In this document: one piece after another, positions 33,987 through 48,192 of the stretch
Layout of the letters: the number at the start of each line of letters is the position of its first letter
Position numbering within the stretch: position 1 is the stretch's first letter
Assembly: GCA_964016885.1 (NCBI GenBank)
Contig: CAXHJY010000419.1
Coordinates: forward strand, 2,046-66,045
DNA length: 64,000 nt
Direction of reading: 5' to 3'
Source of the DNA: Eledone cirrhosa
Taxonomy: Eukaryota
Translations under genes and position numbers: made by a program
The notes under the pieces: model-generated
Databases searched by the model: none
What the model saw: the letters and a program-made list of their open reading frames with translations, nothing else
Told to the model about the DNA's origin: nothing

Positions 33987-36586
33987 CCCATTCTAGCGTG
34001 GAAGATAGACGTTAAACAATGATGATGATGATATACATATATACACCACAAATAAAGCTTTGTTAAAGTATGGTGAAGAAACTGAAAGTTCTATATTTTG
34101 ACAACTATGTAATAGTAATAGTAGTATTAGTAATACACTTACCTCCTTAGTAGATAAAATCATATAAATTGAGAGAATGTTAAAATGTATAGAGCAGTGA
34201 AGTTGAGGATATGAGAAATGTAATGGTTATTTCAGAGAATGTGAAAGAGAGACTAGCTAAACACAGTGAGAGTATGTAGGAGGGGGGGGGGGGGGGATAT
34301 GCTTGAGAGAGACAGAGAGGGTGTGGGTGTGATCTAGAGATAGAGAATAGAGCTGAATGAGTGAGCAGAGAGGGTGTGTGTGTGTATGAGAGAGAGGGAG
34401 TGATTATCTGAACAAGTGTGTGTGCTTGTTTTTCTTTTTTTGTTATTTTTTCTTTGTTAGTTTTTTTTTCTCTGACTCTCAGTATTTCTCTCTCTCTATC
34501 TTTCACCCACTGACAATTTCTCTCTCTCTCTTCTCTCTATATCTTGCACACAACAGACAATTAGTCTAATTAGCCTCTCCTCTAACTACACCTCCTCCTT
34601 CAATTCCACCACCACCACCTCCATCACCAAAAAACACTTTAAAATATTTTCTTTTTCCTACTACATGTCTCTCTCTCTGACACAACAGACATGGCCAACA
34701 AGAGGCACACACTTCATCATCAGAATTTTCTATATCTGTGATAGAAGACAAACAAGACAGGCAAGTCATGAAGAGAGAAAGAAGTTGACATCAGCATCAA
34801 AACTTTCATCACAATATCACTTAGCCACCAATACTATGATGAGGGAAGGGGGGAGTTTTCCAGCCCACAAGAAATACAAAAACAAACCATGAGCACCCCC
34901 AACCACCTAACCCAACAACCAGCCATCATTATCATTGTATAAAATTTTAAAATTAAAACCATGTGATGGTACTTCCAACTTTAGAAGGTAGAAAGAATGA
35001 ATTCTATAGAACCAAAATATATTCTTTTATTTCTTTTTACAGATTTTAGTCATTAGACTGCAGTGACCCTGGGGCTCTGCCATGGAGGTATTTAGCTGAT
35101 TGTATTGACTCTAATACTTATGTATAGATATGACAGTCATATGCACAGTTTCCCACCACCAAATTCCATCCACAAGGCTTTGGTCAGACCAAGACTATAG
35201 TAAAAAACACTTGGCCAAGATGCCACTCAGTGGAACTGATTCCTAAACCATGCAGTGGTGAAACTAACTTCTTAACAACACGACCGACCATACCTATATA
35301 TATATATATATATGTAAAAGGTAAACAGAAATAACAGAAATAACAAAAATAACAAAACGACACACTACATGAAAGAAATATATTAGTTTAACGCTTGAAA
35401 TAGCAGGAAGAGATTTAACGTTTTGGACACTAGTCCTCCATTAGAAGATAGAGTGAGAAACAGAAGATAAATAGAAAGTAAAGTGATGAGAGGAAGTAAC
35501 GAGGAAAATGAGAAAAAAAACATGCTTATTCAGTAGGCCATCTTTATATATATATATACACACATACATAGCAGGGAAAGGGAACATTAAAACGATGATA
35601 ACGATATATATAAAGATTTGTTGGTGCTTATTATACAGTGTTTCAAAACTGTGAAGATAGAGGAAAAAAATATATCTTCATGAACATTTAAAATGATTAA
35701 AATTGCAGGAGGTATACGAGATTGCATTGCATTGCAACTACATGGTTTTAGGCATAGTCCTACTGCACAGCTACTTTGGGCAAGTGCAACTGTTTTCTGT
35801 CATAATCCCAGGTTGACCAATGTTACAGTCCAAGACTAAAGAAGTCGGGCGGCGTCTTGCTCATACGTTCCACCTTTGGCTTGGTTTCTATAGCTGGATG
35901 TGCTTCTTAACACTAATCACGTTACAGACTGTTCTAGGTGCATTTTATGATGGTACCAGCAATACCACTTGTACAGTGTACAGGGTGCGTTTTATCATGG
36001 TACCAGTACTATGACTTTATAGAGTGTACTTAGTGCATTTCATGATGGCACCAACACTACCACTTCACACAGTGTACTGGGTGCATTTTATCATGACACC
36101 AGCACTAGCACTTTACAGAATGTACTGGGTGTATTTTATTATGATACCAACACTACCACTCAATATAAATGTATACGTGTGTGTATGCCTACATTTACAG
36201 TTCAACAAATAGAAATAAATAAAATAAGTACCAAACCTGAAAAGAAAACCCTGCTACTAGTGATATGATCGACTAAAACCCTTCAAAAGTGGTGCCCCAG
36301 CATGACCACATTCTAATAAGAGAAACCAGTAAAAGAACAGGACAAATTCTCTAAGCTACCATAAAGCTACTGTTAACTTTAACTTCTTTTTAGCTGTTTC
36401 ATGTGCACCAAGATCTTTTGGTTGCAAGCTCTAATTAAAGACAGAAAAGCTGTTGTCTAACGAAATGATTAATGACTTAAATAACGGTCTTTCTTTGACC
36501 TTTAATTAATTAACTCTTTTCTTTTTTGCAAATTTCCCTAAACCCACACAATGAAATTTGTTAACTAATTAAACTAAAACAAAATC

Positions 36587-39500
36587 GCAGTCATGGCTGT
36601 GTGGTTAAGAGATTTGCTTAGCAACCATGTGGTCTTCAGTTCTATCCCACTGCATGACACCTTGGGAAAGTGTCTATCACCACAGCCTCAGACAGACCAA
36701 ACCATGTGGTCTTCAGTTCAATCCCACTGCATGGCACCTTGGGAAAGTGTATCACCACAGCCTCAGACAGACCAAACCATGTGGTCTTCAGTTCTATCTC
36801 ACTGCATGGCACCTTGGGAAAGTGTCTACCACTACAGCCTTAGACTGACCAAACCATGTGGTCTTCAGTTCTATCTCACTGCATGGCACCTTGGGAAAGT
36901 GTCTATCACTACAGCCTTAGACTGACCAAACCATGTGGTCTTCAGTTCTATCTCACTGCATGGCACCTTGGGAAAGTGTCTACCACTACAGCCTCAGACT
37001 GACCAAACCATGTGGTCTTCAGTTCTATCTCACTGCATGGCACCTTGGGAAAGTGTCTATCACTACAGCCTTAGACTGACCAAACCATGTGGTCTTCAGT
37101 TCTATCTCGCTGCATGGCACCTTGGGAAAGTGTCTACCACTACAGCCTCAGACTGACCAAACCATGTGGTCTTCAGTTCAATCTCACTGCATGGCCCCTT
37201 GGGAAAGTGTCTACCACTACAGCCTCAGACTGACCAAACCATGTGGTCTTCAGTTCAATCTCACTGCATGGCACCTTGGGAAAGTGTCTACCACTACAGC
37301 CTTAGACTGACCAAACCATGTGGTCTTCAGTTCTATCTCACTGCATGGCACCTTGGGAAAGTGTCTACCACTACAGCCTTAGACTGACCAAACCATGTGG
37401 TCTTCAGTTCTATCTCACTGCATGGCACCTTGGGAAAGTGTCTACCACTACAGCCTCAGACTGACCAAACCATGTGGTCTTCAGTTCTATCTCACTGCAT
37501 GGCACCTTGGGAAAGTGTCTACCACTACAGCCTCAGACTGACCAAACCATGTGGTCTTCAGTTCTATCTCACTGCATGGCACCTTGGGAAAGTGTCTACC
37601 ACTACAGCCTCAGACTGACCAAACCATGTGGTCTTCAGTTCTATCTCACTGCATGGCACCTTGGGAAAGTGTCTACCACTACAGCCTCAGACTGACCAAA
37701 CCATGTGGTCTTCAGTTCTATCTCACTGCATGGCACCTTGGGAAAGTGTCTATTACCACAGCCTCAGACTGACCAAACCATGTGGTCTTCAGTTCAATCT
37801 CACTGCATGGCACCTTGGGAAAGTGTCTATCACCACAGCCTCAGACTGACCAAACCATGTGGTCTTCAATTCTATCTCACTGCATGGCACCTTGGGAAAG
37901 TGTCTATCACCACAGCCTCAGACTGACCAAACCATGTGGTCTTCAGTTCTATCTCACTGCATGGCACCTTGGGAAAGTGTCTATCACCACAGCCTCAGAC
38001 TGACCAAACCATGTGGTCTTCAGTTCTATCTCACTGCATGGCACCTTGGGAAAGTGTCTATCACCACAGCCTCAGACTGACCAAACCATGTGGTCTTCAG
38101 TTCTATCCCACTGCATGACCCCTTGGGAAAGTGTCTATCACTACAGCCTTAGACTGACCAAACCATGTGGTCTTCAGTTCTATCTCACTGCATGGCACCT
38201 TGGGAAAGTGTCTACCACTACAGCCTTAGACTGACCAAACCATGTGGTCTTCCGTTCTATCTCACTGCATTGCCCCTTGGGAAAGTGTCTACCACTACAG
38301 CCTTAGACTGACCAAACCATGTGGTCTTCAGTTCTATCTCACTGCATGGCACCTTGGGAAAGTGTCTACCAATACAGCCTTAGACTGACCAAACCATGTG
38401 GTCTTCAGTTCTATCCCACTGCATGGCACCTTGGGAAAGTGTCTACCACTACAGCCTTAGACTGACCAAACCATGTGGTCTTCAGTTCAATCCCACTGCA
38501 TGGCACCTTGGGAAAGTGTCTACCACTACAGCCTTAGACTGACCAAACCATGTGGTCTTCAGTTCAATCCCACTGCATGGCACCTTGGGAAAGTGTCTAT
38601 CACTACAGCCTTAGACTGACCAAACCATGTGGTCTTCAGTTCTATCCCACTGCATGGCACCTTGGGAAAGTGTCTACCACTACAGCCTTAGACTGACCAA
38701 ACCATGTGGTCTTCAGTTCAATCCCACTGCATGGCACCTTGGGAAAGTGTCTATCACTACAGCCTTAGACTGACCAAACCATGTGGTCTTCAGTTCAATC
38801 CCACTGCATGGCACCTTGGGAAAGTGTCTATCACTACAGCCTTAGACTGACCAAACCATGTGGTCTTCAGTTCTATCCCACTGCATGGCACCTTGGGAAA
38901 GTGTCTATCACCACAGCCTTAGACTGACCAAACCATGTGGTCTTCAGTTCTATCCCACTGCATGGCACCTTGGGAAAGTGTCTATCACTACAGCCTTAGA
39001 CTGACCAAACCATGTGGTCTTCAGTTCTATCTCACTGCATGGCACCTTGGGAAAGTGTCTACCACTACAGCCTTAGACTGACCAAACCATGTGGTCTTCA
39101 GTTCTATCCCACTGCATGGCACCTTGGGAAAGTGTCTATCACCACAGCCTTAGACTGACCAAACCATGTGGTCTTCAGTTCTATCCCACTGCATGGCACC
39201 TTGGGAAAGTGTCTACCACTACAGCCTTAGACTGACCAAACCATGTGGTCTTCAGTTCTATCTCACTGCATGGCACCTTGGGAAAGTGTCTATCACTACA
39301 GCCTTAGACTGACCAAACCATGTGGTCTTCAGTTCTATCCCACTGCATGGCACCTTGGGAAAGTGTCTACCACTACAGCCTTAGACTGACCAAACCATGT
39401 GGTCTTCAGTTCTATCCCACTGCATGGCACCTTGGGAAAGTGTCTATCACCACAGCCTTAGACTGACCAAACCATGTGGTCTTCAGTTCTATCCCACTGC

Positions 39501-39830
39501 ATGGCACCTTGGGAAAGTGTCTACCACTACAGCCTTAGACTGACCAAACCATGTGGTCTTCAGTTCTATCTCACTGCATGGCACCTTGGGAAAGTGTCTA
39601 TCACTACAGCCTTAGACTGACCAAACCATGTGGTCTTCAGTTCTATCCCACTGCATGGCACCTTGGGAAAGTGTCTATCACCACAGCCTTAGACTGACCA
39701 AACCATGTGGTCTTCAGTTCTATCCCACTGCATGGCACCTTGGGAAAGTGTCTATCACCACAGCCTTAGACTGACCAATGTCTCGTGAGTGAAACTGACA
39801 GACGGAAACTGTATGAAGCTTGTATGTGTA
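36587..39830 (+). repeat. 77-bp tandem satellite (about 41 copies, 36622-39777) amplified from inside a tRNA-derived SINE
   Basis: SINE head TGGCTGTGTGGTTAAG precedes the array, each unit has a B-box-like GTTC(A/T)ATC(C/T)C, and SINE-like 3' sequence follows the last unit. Confidence 0.92.
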
Positions 39831-41324
39831 TGGTAGCTGTTTATATCACCCATAAACAATATCCTGGAGTGTAGCCAGGGTTGGATTTAGAAGGGGGAGG
39901 AGGGGCCTCATACAAAAAAAAATTAGAATACACAGCACCCACCACAACCACCACCACCACCACCACCACAATTTTACATATCAAAGTTAGCTTGGCGCAA
40001 ACGGAAGAAATCGGGTGTGTTCAGATCTGGAGAAGATGAACTCCACAGGCTTTTTTTAAATGTCTCAAATGCCTAAGGCACGTAAAATGTCACTACAGCA
40101 CTCCGATGACTCCATCAGGAGTTATAGGTCCATACATGAATATCAAAAATCACAATATAGGGTGGTTGTTGTTACTCATATATGTTTTGTAAGTATGGTA
40201 ATAGAACAGGGAAATGGAGGAATAGGGTAGTAACAACATTTTTGTTTTATTTAAATCAATGAAACATATTCTTTGGTGGATATACTCCAGTTGAAATGAG
40301 ATATGATGTAATACATGACAGATGGAGAGGATGGGATATAAAAAAATACATACATACACACACACATATTAATGCTTGATATAGTAGGAAAATAGTCTTT
40401 GCTTCAAACACTAGTGATTCATCAGAAGATAGAATGTGAATTAAAGATGAAACAGAAAGATAGAGAAGAAGGGGAAGAGGAAGGAATGGAAATAAATTTG
40501 TTAAGAAAAGGCATATATATATATGTACAGGTGCCGACCGTTGAAGAAACAACATGAGTTCAGCCGACGACCCCGGTATTAAGAAAAAAAAAATCTTTTT
40601 TGAGGAAGTTATTGGATTTCTTTTTAGGAACTTTCAATGTTTTCAAGCTTTTATAGGTTTTGCCATCTGAAGAGCTCAGGCTATCATAACTGATAGTCCT
40701 CAGTAAAATCTAAACTATAATAAAGTAAGGACTGCGGAACTCCGTATGGTTTATTTCTTTTAAGCCAGTTAGTAAAATAAGTTGGATTACTTTGAATAAA
40801 TAATTGTTTCTACGTTAGGCACAAGGCCAGCAATTACTCAGTGTATTACTGGTACTTTATTACATAATTTATGTCCTAAATTTCAAAAACATAAATAATT
40901 TAAAATTGACTTTTCAAATTTTCATTCACATTTCTACACTTCCGGTATATCGTCGCCACCACCACCACTTCAACTAACATATATATAGAAAGAGAGAGTG
41001 TGTGATTGAGGGAGAGAGTGAGAGATAGATTATGATTTTCTACATGCTGACGCGTATGAGTGTGCACATACATACATCTATATGTATGAGTATATAGCTA
41101 TAATCGCGCAAACACAAACTTATAATAATACACGCTCACAGACATTCATGCAAATAAACATACAATCACACAAATATACATACATTCACACATACTTTTA
41201 CACAAACACACACATACAGTCATGATAGCAGCGTTCGGTGAATTGGAAATGGGAGGGTAAAACAAATACGTTTTATTTATTTATTAACTTTTTTTTAAAG
41301 TTCATTTAATATAATGGTTACAGA

Positions 41325-41625
41325 TGAAAGGCAATATTAACCTCGGTGGGATTTGAACTCAGATCGTAAAGGGCCGTAACTCTATGCTGCAAAGCATGGC
41401 ATCCGAACCTCTACCGATACTGCCAATCCACCACCATTTTAATAATTGTTTCTACTTTTGGCACAAGGCCAGCAATTATCCCAGTGCATTACTGGTACTT
41501 TATTTTATCGACCCCGTAAGGATGAAAGGCAAAGTTAACCGTGACAGGATTTGAACTCAAACCGTAAAGGGATGTAACTATGCAGGAAAGCATGGCGTCC
41601 AACCCTCTACCGATACTGCCAATTC
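41325..41625 (-). mobile_element. Two tandem family A SINEs
   Basis: Same sequence as 11537-11715. Confidence 0.85.
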
Positions 41626-41809
41626 AATATAATATATACAAAGGAAAGAGAAAGGAAAAAAAGAAAGAGAAAAAATACGCAAGCACGTAAGACACACATC
41701 TTAGACTACATAGAACAAAATGCAGACGAAAGAGTGGGAAAACGAGCCACTACCAGAGCAAAAGTTAGCAATATAGCGAGGAGCACTGGGAAATCTTTCT
41801 AATAATTTT

Positions 41810-42250
41810 TGAGGCAGGCCAGCACGTTCGCAGCATTACCCGGGGTGATGGCGACGCTGAGGCGCTGGAACAATCAAGTGCCCTCACAAGCATCACCAGT
41901 TACCTATGTTTGGCGAGCCGCCAGTGAAGATAAGAATCTTAATGTCAGTAGCCCGACTCCCCCAAACGTCTTGAACGCCGCAGGCTGGATAATGTAGTTA
42001 GCTGACAGAACACGCGATTTTAGGATTTTGTTCCGTTCAGCTGCGGATGCTGTAGCTCTCCAGAATATAGCTTTCAGAATGTGGGAAGAAGCAAAAAAGT
42101 CACTAACTGTGACGTCCCAGGTAAGGCACCAGCCTCTTGACCAGGAGCACAGAGTAAGACCATCAAGTTTTTTCCCATCAATTCAGGACAACCCAGATGG
42201 TTCCAAAATTGAGGGGATATTTGCCCGGGCCAAAGCTCTTAAGTGGTAAT
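41810..42250 (-). mobile_element. CRE-clade (restriction-like endonuclease) non-LTR retrotransposon 3' fragment, decayed
   Basis: Manual translation RALARANIPSILEPSGL*IDGKKLDGLTL...WDVTV...AERNK...FKTFG...QRLSVAITPGNAANVL. Confidence 0.75.
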
Positions 42251-43274
42251 AGGACAGTGTGTGTATGTGCGCGCGCATGAGTATGAACATTTTATAAAGG
42301 GCAGTTTTTTTAATCATAAAACTAGGGTGGTTTGGGACAGACTGGTAGCAAAAGGGTTAAAAAAGAAGTGAAAGTTGGCATTAGGAAGGGTATCTGGTTG
42401 TAGAATTCTGCCTCAAAAGATTGCATTAAATCCAGCCAGTGTGGAAAAACCACGATGTAAAACTGATGACAATGATGTTGGTCTATTTGAATCAATTCAT
42501 TAACATGTTTTCTGTAACATAACATTAGCAGTGTTGAAGAAGCCACTTAAGACATAATAAGTGCAAACATTTCCTCATTTAGTGCCATTATTGTTGTATT
42601 TCTCTCATATTTCAACTTGTCATTTGCTCGTTGGCACATCCTCCTTGTAAATAGCAAAATGCCTGATAAACTTTTCTTGCTCCTCTGTTAATACTCTACC
42701 ATAATCTAGTCCATTCAATGAGGAAGAAGAGTCATGTATGAGTGGAATAGGATAGTTGTCTGGAACAGTGTGAGAATTTCCCTAAGAAACTATGTGGGGA
42801 GAATGTCAATCATTTACTGCCTCCATCTCTAATCATCCAAGCTAAAGTGTTTTCTTATTTCAAATTGATATATCCATATTTCTAATGAAACACACTGTCT
42901 ATAGTTTTCAAATAATTTCGAAAATAATCAAGAATTTGTAGGAATTAAGTAACATAACTAACTTTCTGAGTTTGGTGGGTCTCGCTTGGGGATCCAGCCG
43001 GATCAGTTGGAAACATTTGCTTCTGACAGGATCCACTGGAAGGAGTGTTTGAAGAATCTTCCCCCACAGTCCTCTCAGAAATAAGTGGGTGAAGAAGAAC
43101 TAACTTTCTCATTATCTATCTGATGTCTGAAATATTACTTATCAAATTATGATTTAAATTTAGCTATTGTCAATTTTTAAACTTTTCGTTATTATATTCC
43201 TAATGACATACACTGCAATGGATTAACTAATGAAGAATTTGGACAGATTTACTAATATTATTATTTATTTCATT

Positions 43275-43465
43275 GGCGGGGATTGGCAGTATTGGTAGAG
43301 GGTCGGATGCCATACTTTGACGCATAGAGTTACGGCCCTTGCCATTCTGAGTTCAAAACCTGTCAAGGTTAACTTTGCCTTTCATCCTTACGGGGTCGAT
43401 AAAATAAAGTACCAGTAATACACTGGGTAATTGCTGGCCTTGTGCCAAAAGTAGAAACAATTATT
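43275..43465 (+). mobile_element. Family A SINE, full length, with TSD ttattatttatttcatt
   Basis: GGCGGGGATTGGCAGTATTGGTAGAG head, GAGTTCAAAACC B box, direct repeats on both sides. Confidence 0.88.
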
Positions 43466-44442
43466 ATTTATTTCATTAAGATATTTGTAACTTAACAAAA
43501 GGTCCTTTATCAAATTATGTTGGAAATCTTAATTTAAATAGGAATCCTTTAAAATGAGAGGATTTGTTTCACAGAAGCAGGGGCGGTTTTGGAGAGGTCG
43601 GTATCAAAAGGGTAGGATATGAGGGAGAATTTGCTGCTATTTCTAGCTAATTATGCAACCAAGTAGAAACTTTCCTTCCTTTCAAATTATGATTGTGTTC
43701 AATCTCTCAGACAGATACTGTATTGTTATACTATTTTACTCAGAGCATTTTCTTCTTTTTTTACTGCTTAGGCATGGAGAAAAAGCTTTTCCTCCATGCC
43801 TAAGCATGTGACTGCTTGGGGGAAGAGAAGAAAGTAACCTCAATTTGAAGACCTGGCAGGAACTTACCCTCAAACTGGAGACCCAATCCAAAATGCTTGC
43901 AACAAAGAGGACTCTGTTAAATGCAACCAAGGACCAGGAGATGGTGTTAAACTGGGTAACATTTTAAGTCTATTTCCCACTGGCTTCACTATTAGTCCTG
44001 GTGAGGGTGGCATGTTTGTGTTGAGTATCATTCAACTATAAACACAAAGACTTCTTGCAACAGAGTGGAATCTGCTAAATGCAACCACGGACCAGGTGAT
44101 CGTGTTAAACTGAGCAATGGATTAAGTCTATAACACATTTGTCTTACTATTAGTCTTGGTTGGAGGGTGAGGGGGTCTGTGTTGAGTATTATTCAACTAT
44201 AGACACAAATACCTCTTTTATAGAGATGTACTCAGTCAAAGAACCAAATTATTAAAAAATACAAGAGTACTGCTGCTTATGTTATTTTCAAATTGTCTGC
44301 ATATCATTGTCCACAAATGATCTTTAGCGACCTAATTCTCTCTTTATTAGCTCAACAAGTAAAATTCATGGTATTAATTTATTTTTCCTCATCACTACAT
44401 TCTCAACACACAAATTATCCCTCCCTCCGCTTTCTCTCTTGT

Positions 44443-45594
44443 GCTGTCAGTAAAGTGAGAATAGGAATGTAGTTTAGTGAGGAATTCCAGATACAAGTAG
44501 GTGTACATCAGGGTTCGGTCCTCAGCCCACTCTTGTTCATTATAGTCCTCCAAGTCATAACAGATGAGTTTAAGATTGGCTGCCCATGGGAAGTTCTCTA
44601 TGCTGATGATCTGGTTCTTATAGCAGAATCAGTAGAGGAGCTAGAGAATAAATTCTGGCTATGGAAACAGCAGTTGGAATCAAGAGGCCTGAGAGTGAAC
44701 AGAGCTAGAACAAAAGTGTTGATAAGTAGAAGAGAGGACAATACTCTAATTCCATCGGGGAAATGGCCATGTTCGATATGTAGGAAAGGAGCTGGCATAA
44801 ATTCCATAAAATGTACACAATGCAGATCTTGGGTACACAAGAGATGTAGTGGGATAGCAGGCAAACTAACAGGTAGGGAAAACTACGTATGCAGTAGATG
44901 TACAGGGAAAATTGGCAGTAGTAATTGCAGTGATAGACACATTTTTCCATTGCGGGTGGGTTCTATAGAAGTGGTTGATAGCTTCCAGTTCCTAGGTGAT
45001 CAGATTAGCATGGGAGGGGGCGGGGTGTGTTCCAAGGCCATAGTATCTAGAATAAGGACGGGTTGGAAGAAGTTTAGGGAGCTGCTTCCTCTGTTGACAA
45101 AGAAAGGTTTCTTCCTGCATACGAAAGAACGGTTATATGATGCCTGTGTGAGATGTGCGATGCTGCATGGTAATGAGACATGGGCAGCAACTGCAGAAGA
45201 TATGCGACGGCAGGGAGAAATGAAGCCAGTATGCTCCGTTGGATGTGCTATGTCAATGTGCATGAACGACCAAGCATAGATGAGTTGAGAAAGAAACTGG
45301 GTATAAGAGGGATAAGTTGTGGTGTGCAGGAGAGAAGGCTGAGATGGTATGGACATGTGATGCGCATGGAGGATTACCGCTGAGTAAAGAAGTGCCAAGA
45401 AATCTCAGTAGAAGGAAGACGCAGTAGAGGTAGACCACGAAAAACATGGGCGGTGGTGGTGAGAGCAGACATCAGATCGCTGAATCTCACCGAGGAGATG
45501 ACAAAGGACCGTGATAAGTGGAGAGATGCTGTGCTGAATAGGACCCGTCCAACCCTTACAAGCAGGGAAAAGCAGGCGTAAAATGATGATGATA
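44443..45594 (+). mobile_element. RTE-clade LINE, 5'-truncated, frameshifted, different subfamily from 20591
   Basis: GVHQGSVLSP, VLYADD, PHD-like WPCSIC...WVHKRC...CSRC, RLRWYGHVMR, (GAT)n tail. Confidence 0.9.
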
Positions 45595-45968
45595 TATATA
45601 TGGGGGGGGGGGGAGAACATATCATAAATACTGCATAGTCTTCAGTTCTATCTCAATACACAGCACTTTGGACAAGTTTTTTCTATGTGTGAGGTGAAGA
45701 AATTTGGTAGACAAACTGAAAGGAAGCCCACCATCTACATACACTGTGAGGCAATGGTGCTGGTGCTACAACAAATAGTACCCAGTTCATCCAGTAGCAT
45801 GATAAAATACACCCAGTACCTGCTGTATATTGATTGTCATTAGGAAGGGAGTCAGCTGTAGAAACTAAGCCAAAAACTGAGTGTTGATTAAGATGTGGTC
45901 ATCTTCAAGTCTAACCTCAGGACATGACAGCCCTTCTAATTCATGTAAGCAAAGAAAATGGACATTAA

Positions 45969-46176
45969 CTCTTTAGCATTTAAACTGGCCATATCCGGCC
46001 AGAATTTTCTCACCTCTTTCTGTCCAGACTGGCCGTAACAGGTTAATCATACCAACGTTAAGGTATTGTTCTCAAAATAAATAATATCAAATCTCATAAA
46101 TTCGATATTATGTGAGAGTAAAGCCTTTACATTGAAAATACAATAGTAAATATAAAGTTATGTAAATGCTAAAGGG
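45969..46176. mobile_element. piggyBac-type MITE
   Basis: ttaa|ctctttagcattt...aaatgctaaaggg|ttaa. Confidence 0.8.
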
Positions 46177-46835
46177 TTAAACAGTGATAATGATGATATA
46201 TGTGTGAGAGGGATTTTTGTTTATATTCCACATAAACAGAGGCAAAGCTGTTTAGAGGTTCGTTGTACAAAGATCTATACCTTACTTTAAAATTAAAATA
46301 AACAATTGTCTCAAAAAATGTTTCATTCAACCCATGCCAGCATGGGAAAAATATACATAAAATGATGAAGATGATAATGAAACACACACAATTGGAAAAC
46401 AATGGTTTAGTTTTACAGACATGATTGAAAATAACAATTCCTGGAATTTGTGTAGGAAACTAACAATTGTCCACAGTTAATACATCTTGTCCTGTTTGAT
46501 AGTACTGTATGCTTAACTATGTGTGTACACACACATATTTGAGAGAGAGAGAGAATCGGAATTTACATATATATATGTGTTTATGTTCACATGCACCTAC
46601 TGCATTGTTTGGCAGTATATTTTAAATACAGATAGATATTTTCAATAAATAGGTTTACTCTCAGCATGTGCCTATAGCCTAGGGGAATATACTTAAGAGA
46701 AAGCACTTTTATGAGATCAAACAGCCTGAAAGCGCCCTTCAATCTATGACACAGAACTATTTGTTTTAAAGTGATTAAATTTATCTAAACAAATAGTTTA
46801 ACATTTTTTAAAGTTATGGTCCAGAGACCAGCTTA

Positions 46836-47022
46836 ATAATTGTTTCTACTTTTGGCACAAGGCCAGCAATTATCCCAGTGCATTACTGGTACTTTATTTT
46901 ATCGACCCCGTAAGGATGAAAGGCAAAGTTAACCTTGGCAGGATTTGAACTCAGATCAGGAAGGGGCGTAACTCTGTATTGCAAAGCATGGCGTCCGACC
47001 CTCTACCGATACTGCCAAACCA
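46836..47022 (-). mobile_element. Family A SINE
   Basis: Same sequence as other copies. Confidence 0.85.
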
Positions 47023-47049
47023 CCAAATGGTTTCTGATTTAGACACAGG

Positions 47050-47850
47050 TGATATGAATCTAAAACCTCTACTTGTGTATCATTCGAAGAATTCAAGGGT
47101 TATCCAGAATCTAATCTACTTCTGATTTTGGCATTCAAATAAGGCATGGATAACAAAGAGTCTTTTCAAAGAATGTTTTATAAACATTTTGTTTTACTGT
47201 AGAAAGGTACAGTACCAGACTAATGTTTCCAACAAAACATTGCTCGTTTTAGACAATGCACTAGGCCACCCAGTGAACTTAAATGATCTTTCTGAAAATG
47301 GGAGAGTAAAATATATCCCCAAGAACACAAGTTCTTTGTTCCAGTCTATGGATCAAAGTGAGATAGTTAGCTTCAAGGCATATTGTCTGAGAACTTTGAA
47401 ACAACTTATGAAAGTAATTAACAGGAAGAATAAACCTACACCTGGAAAAAAAAGCTCAACATTGTGGATGCTAAGAATAACATAACTGAGATAAGGGATG
47501 AAATGAAACCCTCAGCTATGAATGGTGCTTAGAAAAATATATGGATTTACAAGTGTTCCACTAGCAGAAAATTTGGAAAGATATTACATAGGCAAATGAT
47601 GGAGGGATTGAAGAATTCATAGAGGATGATGTGGTTGAGTTGTGGTAGTCCCAGAGAGAAAGTTTAATTAATGAGGAGATGATGCTGTTAAAAAATGAGC
47701 AAGCTGCATGGCAAAGGAAAATATGTAAATTCCATCAACTCTTTAAATTGACTGTAAAGAATATTGCTAAAGGGTTGGTACTTATAGATGAATGTCTACA
47801 AGCTTTTCCTGATAACAATCCTAATTTTTCATGACTGTATAACAGAACAA
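47050..47850 (+). mobile_element. Tigger/pogo-like DDE transposase remnant
   Basis: NKAWIT, LLVLDNALGHP, YIPKNTSSLFQSMDQSEIVSFKAY motifs with stops and frameshifts. Confidence 0.8.
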
Positions 47851-48192
47851 TACTGAAAAATGTGTGCATTGATGTTCTCTCTCTTTCATTCACTACCTCC
47901 ATCTCTCTCACTATTATATGCAAATGGGAGCCCACATGCTGGCCGCTCCACGGTCCTGGTGGACAGGATAGAGAAGGCAATCATAGTAGTGGACATAAAC
48001 ATAAAAATGACAAAAATTGGGTTTATAATGAGTTGAGTTCCTATGCCAAGTTGTACAAAGAGATGATGCACCATAAACATCAAACAACTTCACCTCTCAA
48101 GCAGATGTTGATAATTGTTGATCAACTATAGTGGAGAAGATAGTGTCCCTCCTCCTCCTCCTATACTTCTTGTAGTGAGAATGTAGATTGAT

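Noticed and set aside
36593-39777. CRISPR array or repeated small genes in the 77-bp repeat
   Set aside because: No unique spacers, eukaryotic context, ORFs simply recur with the repeat period.
43275-43365. tRNA gene
   Set aside because: A and B boxes belong to a multi-copy SINE with tail and TSD; no complete cloverleaf seen.
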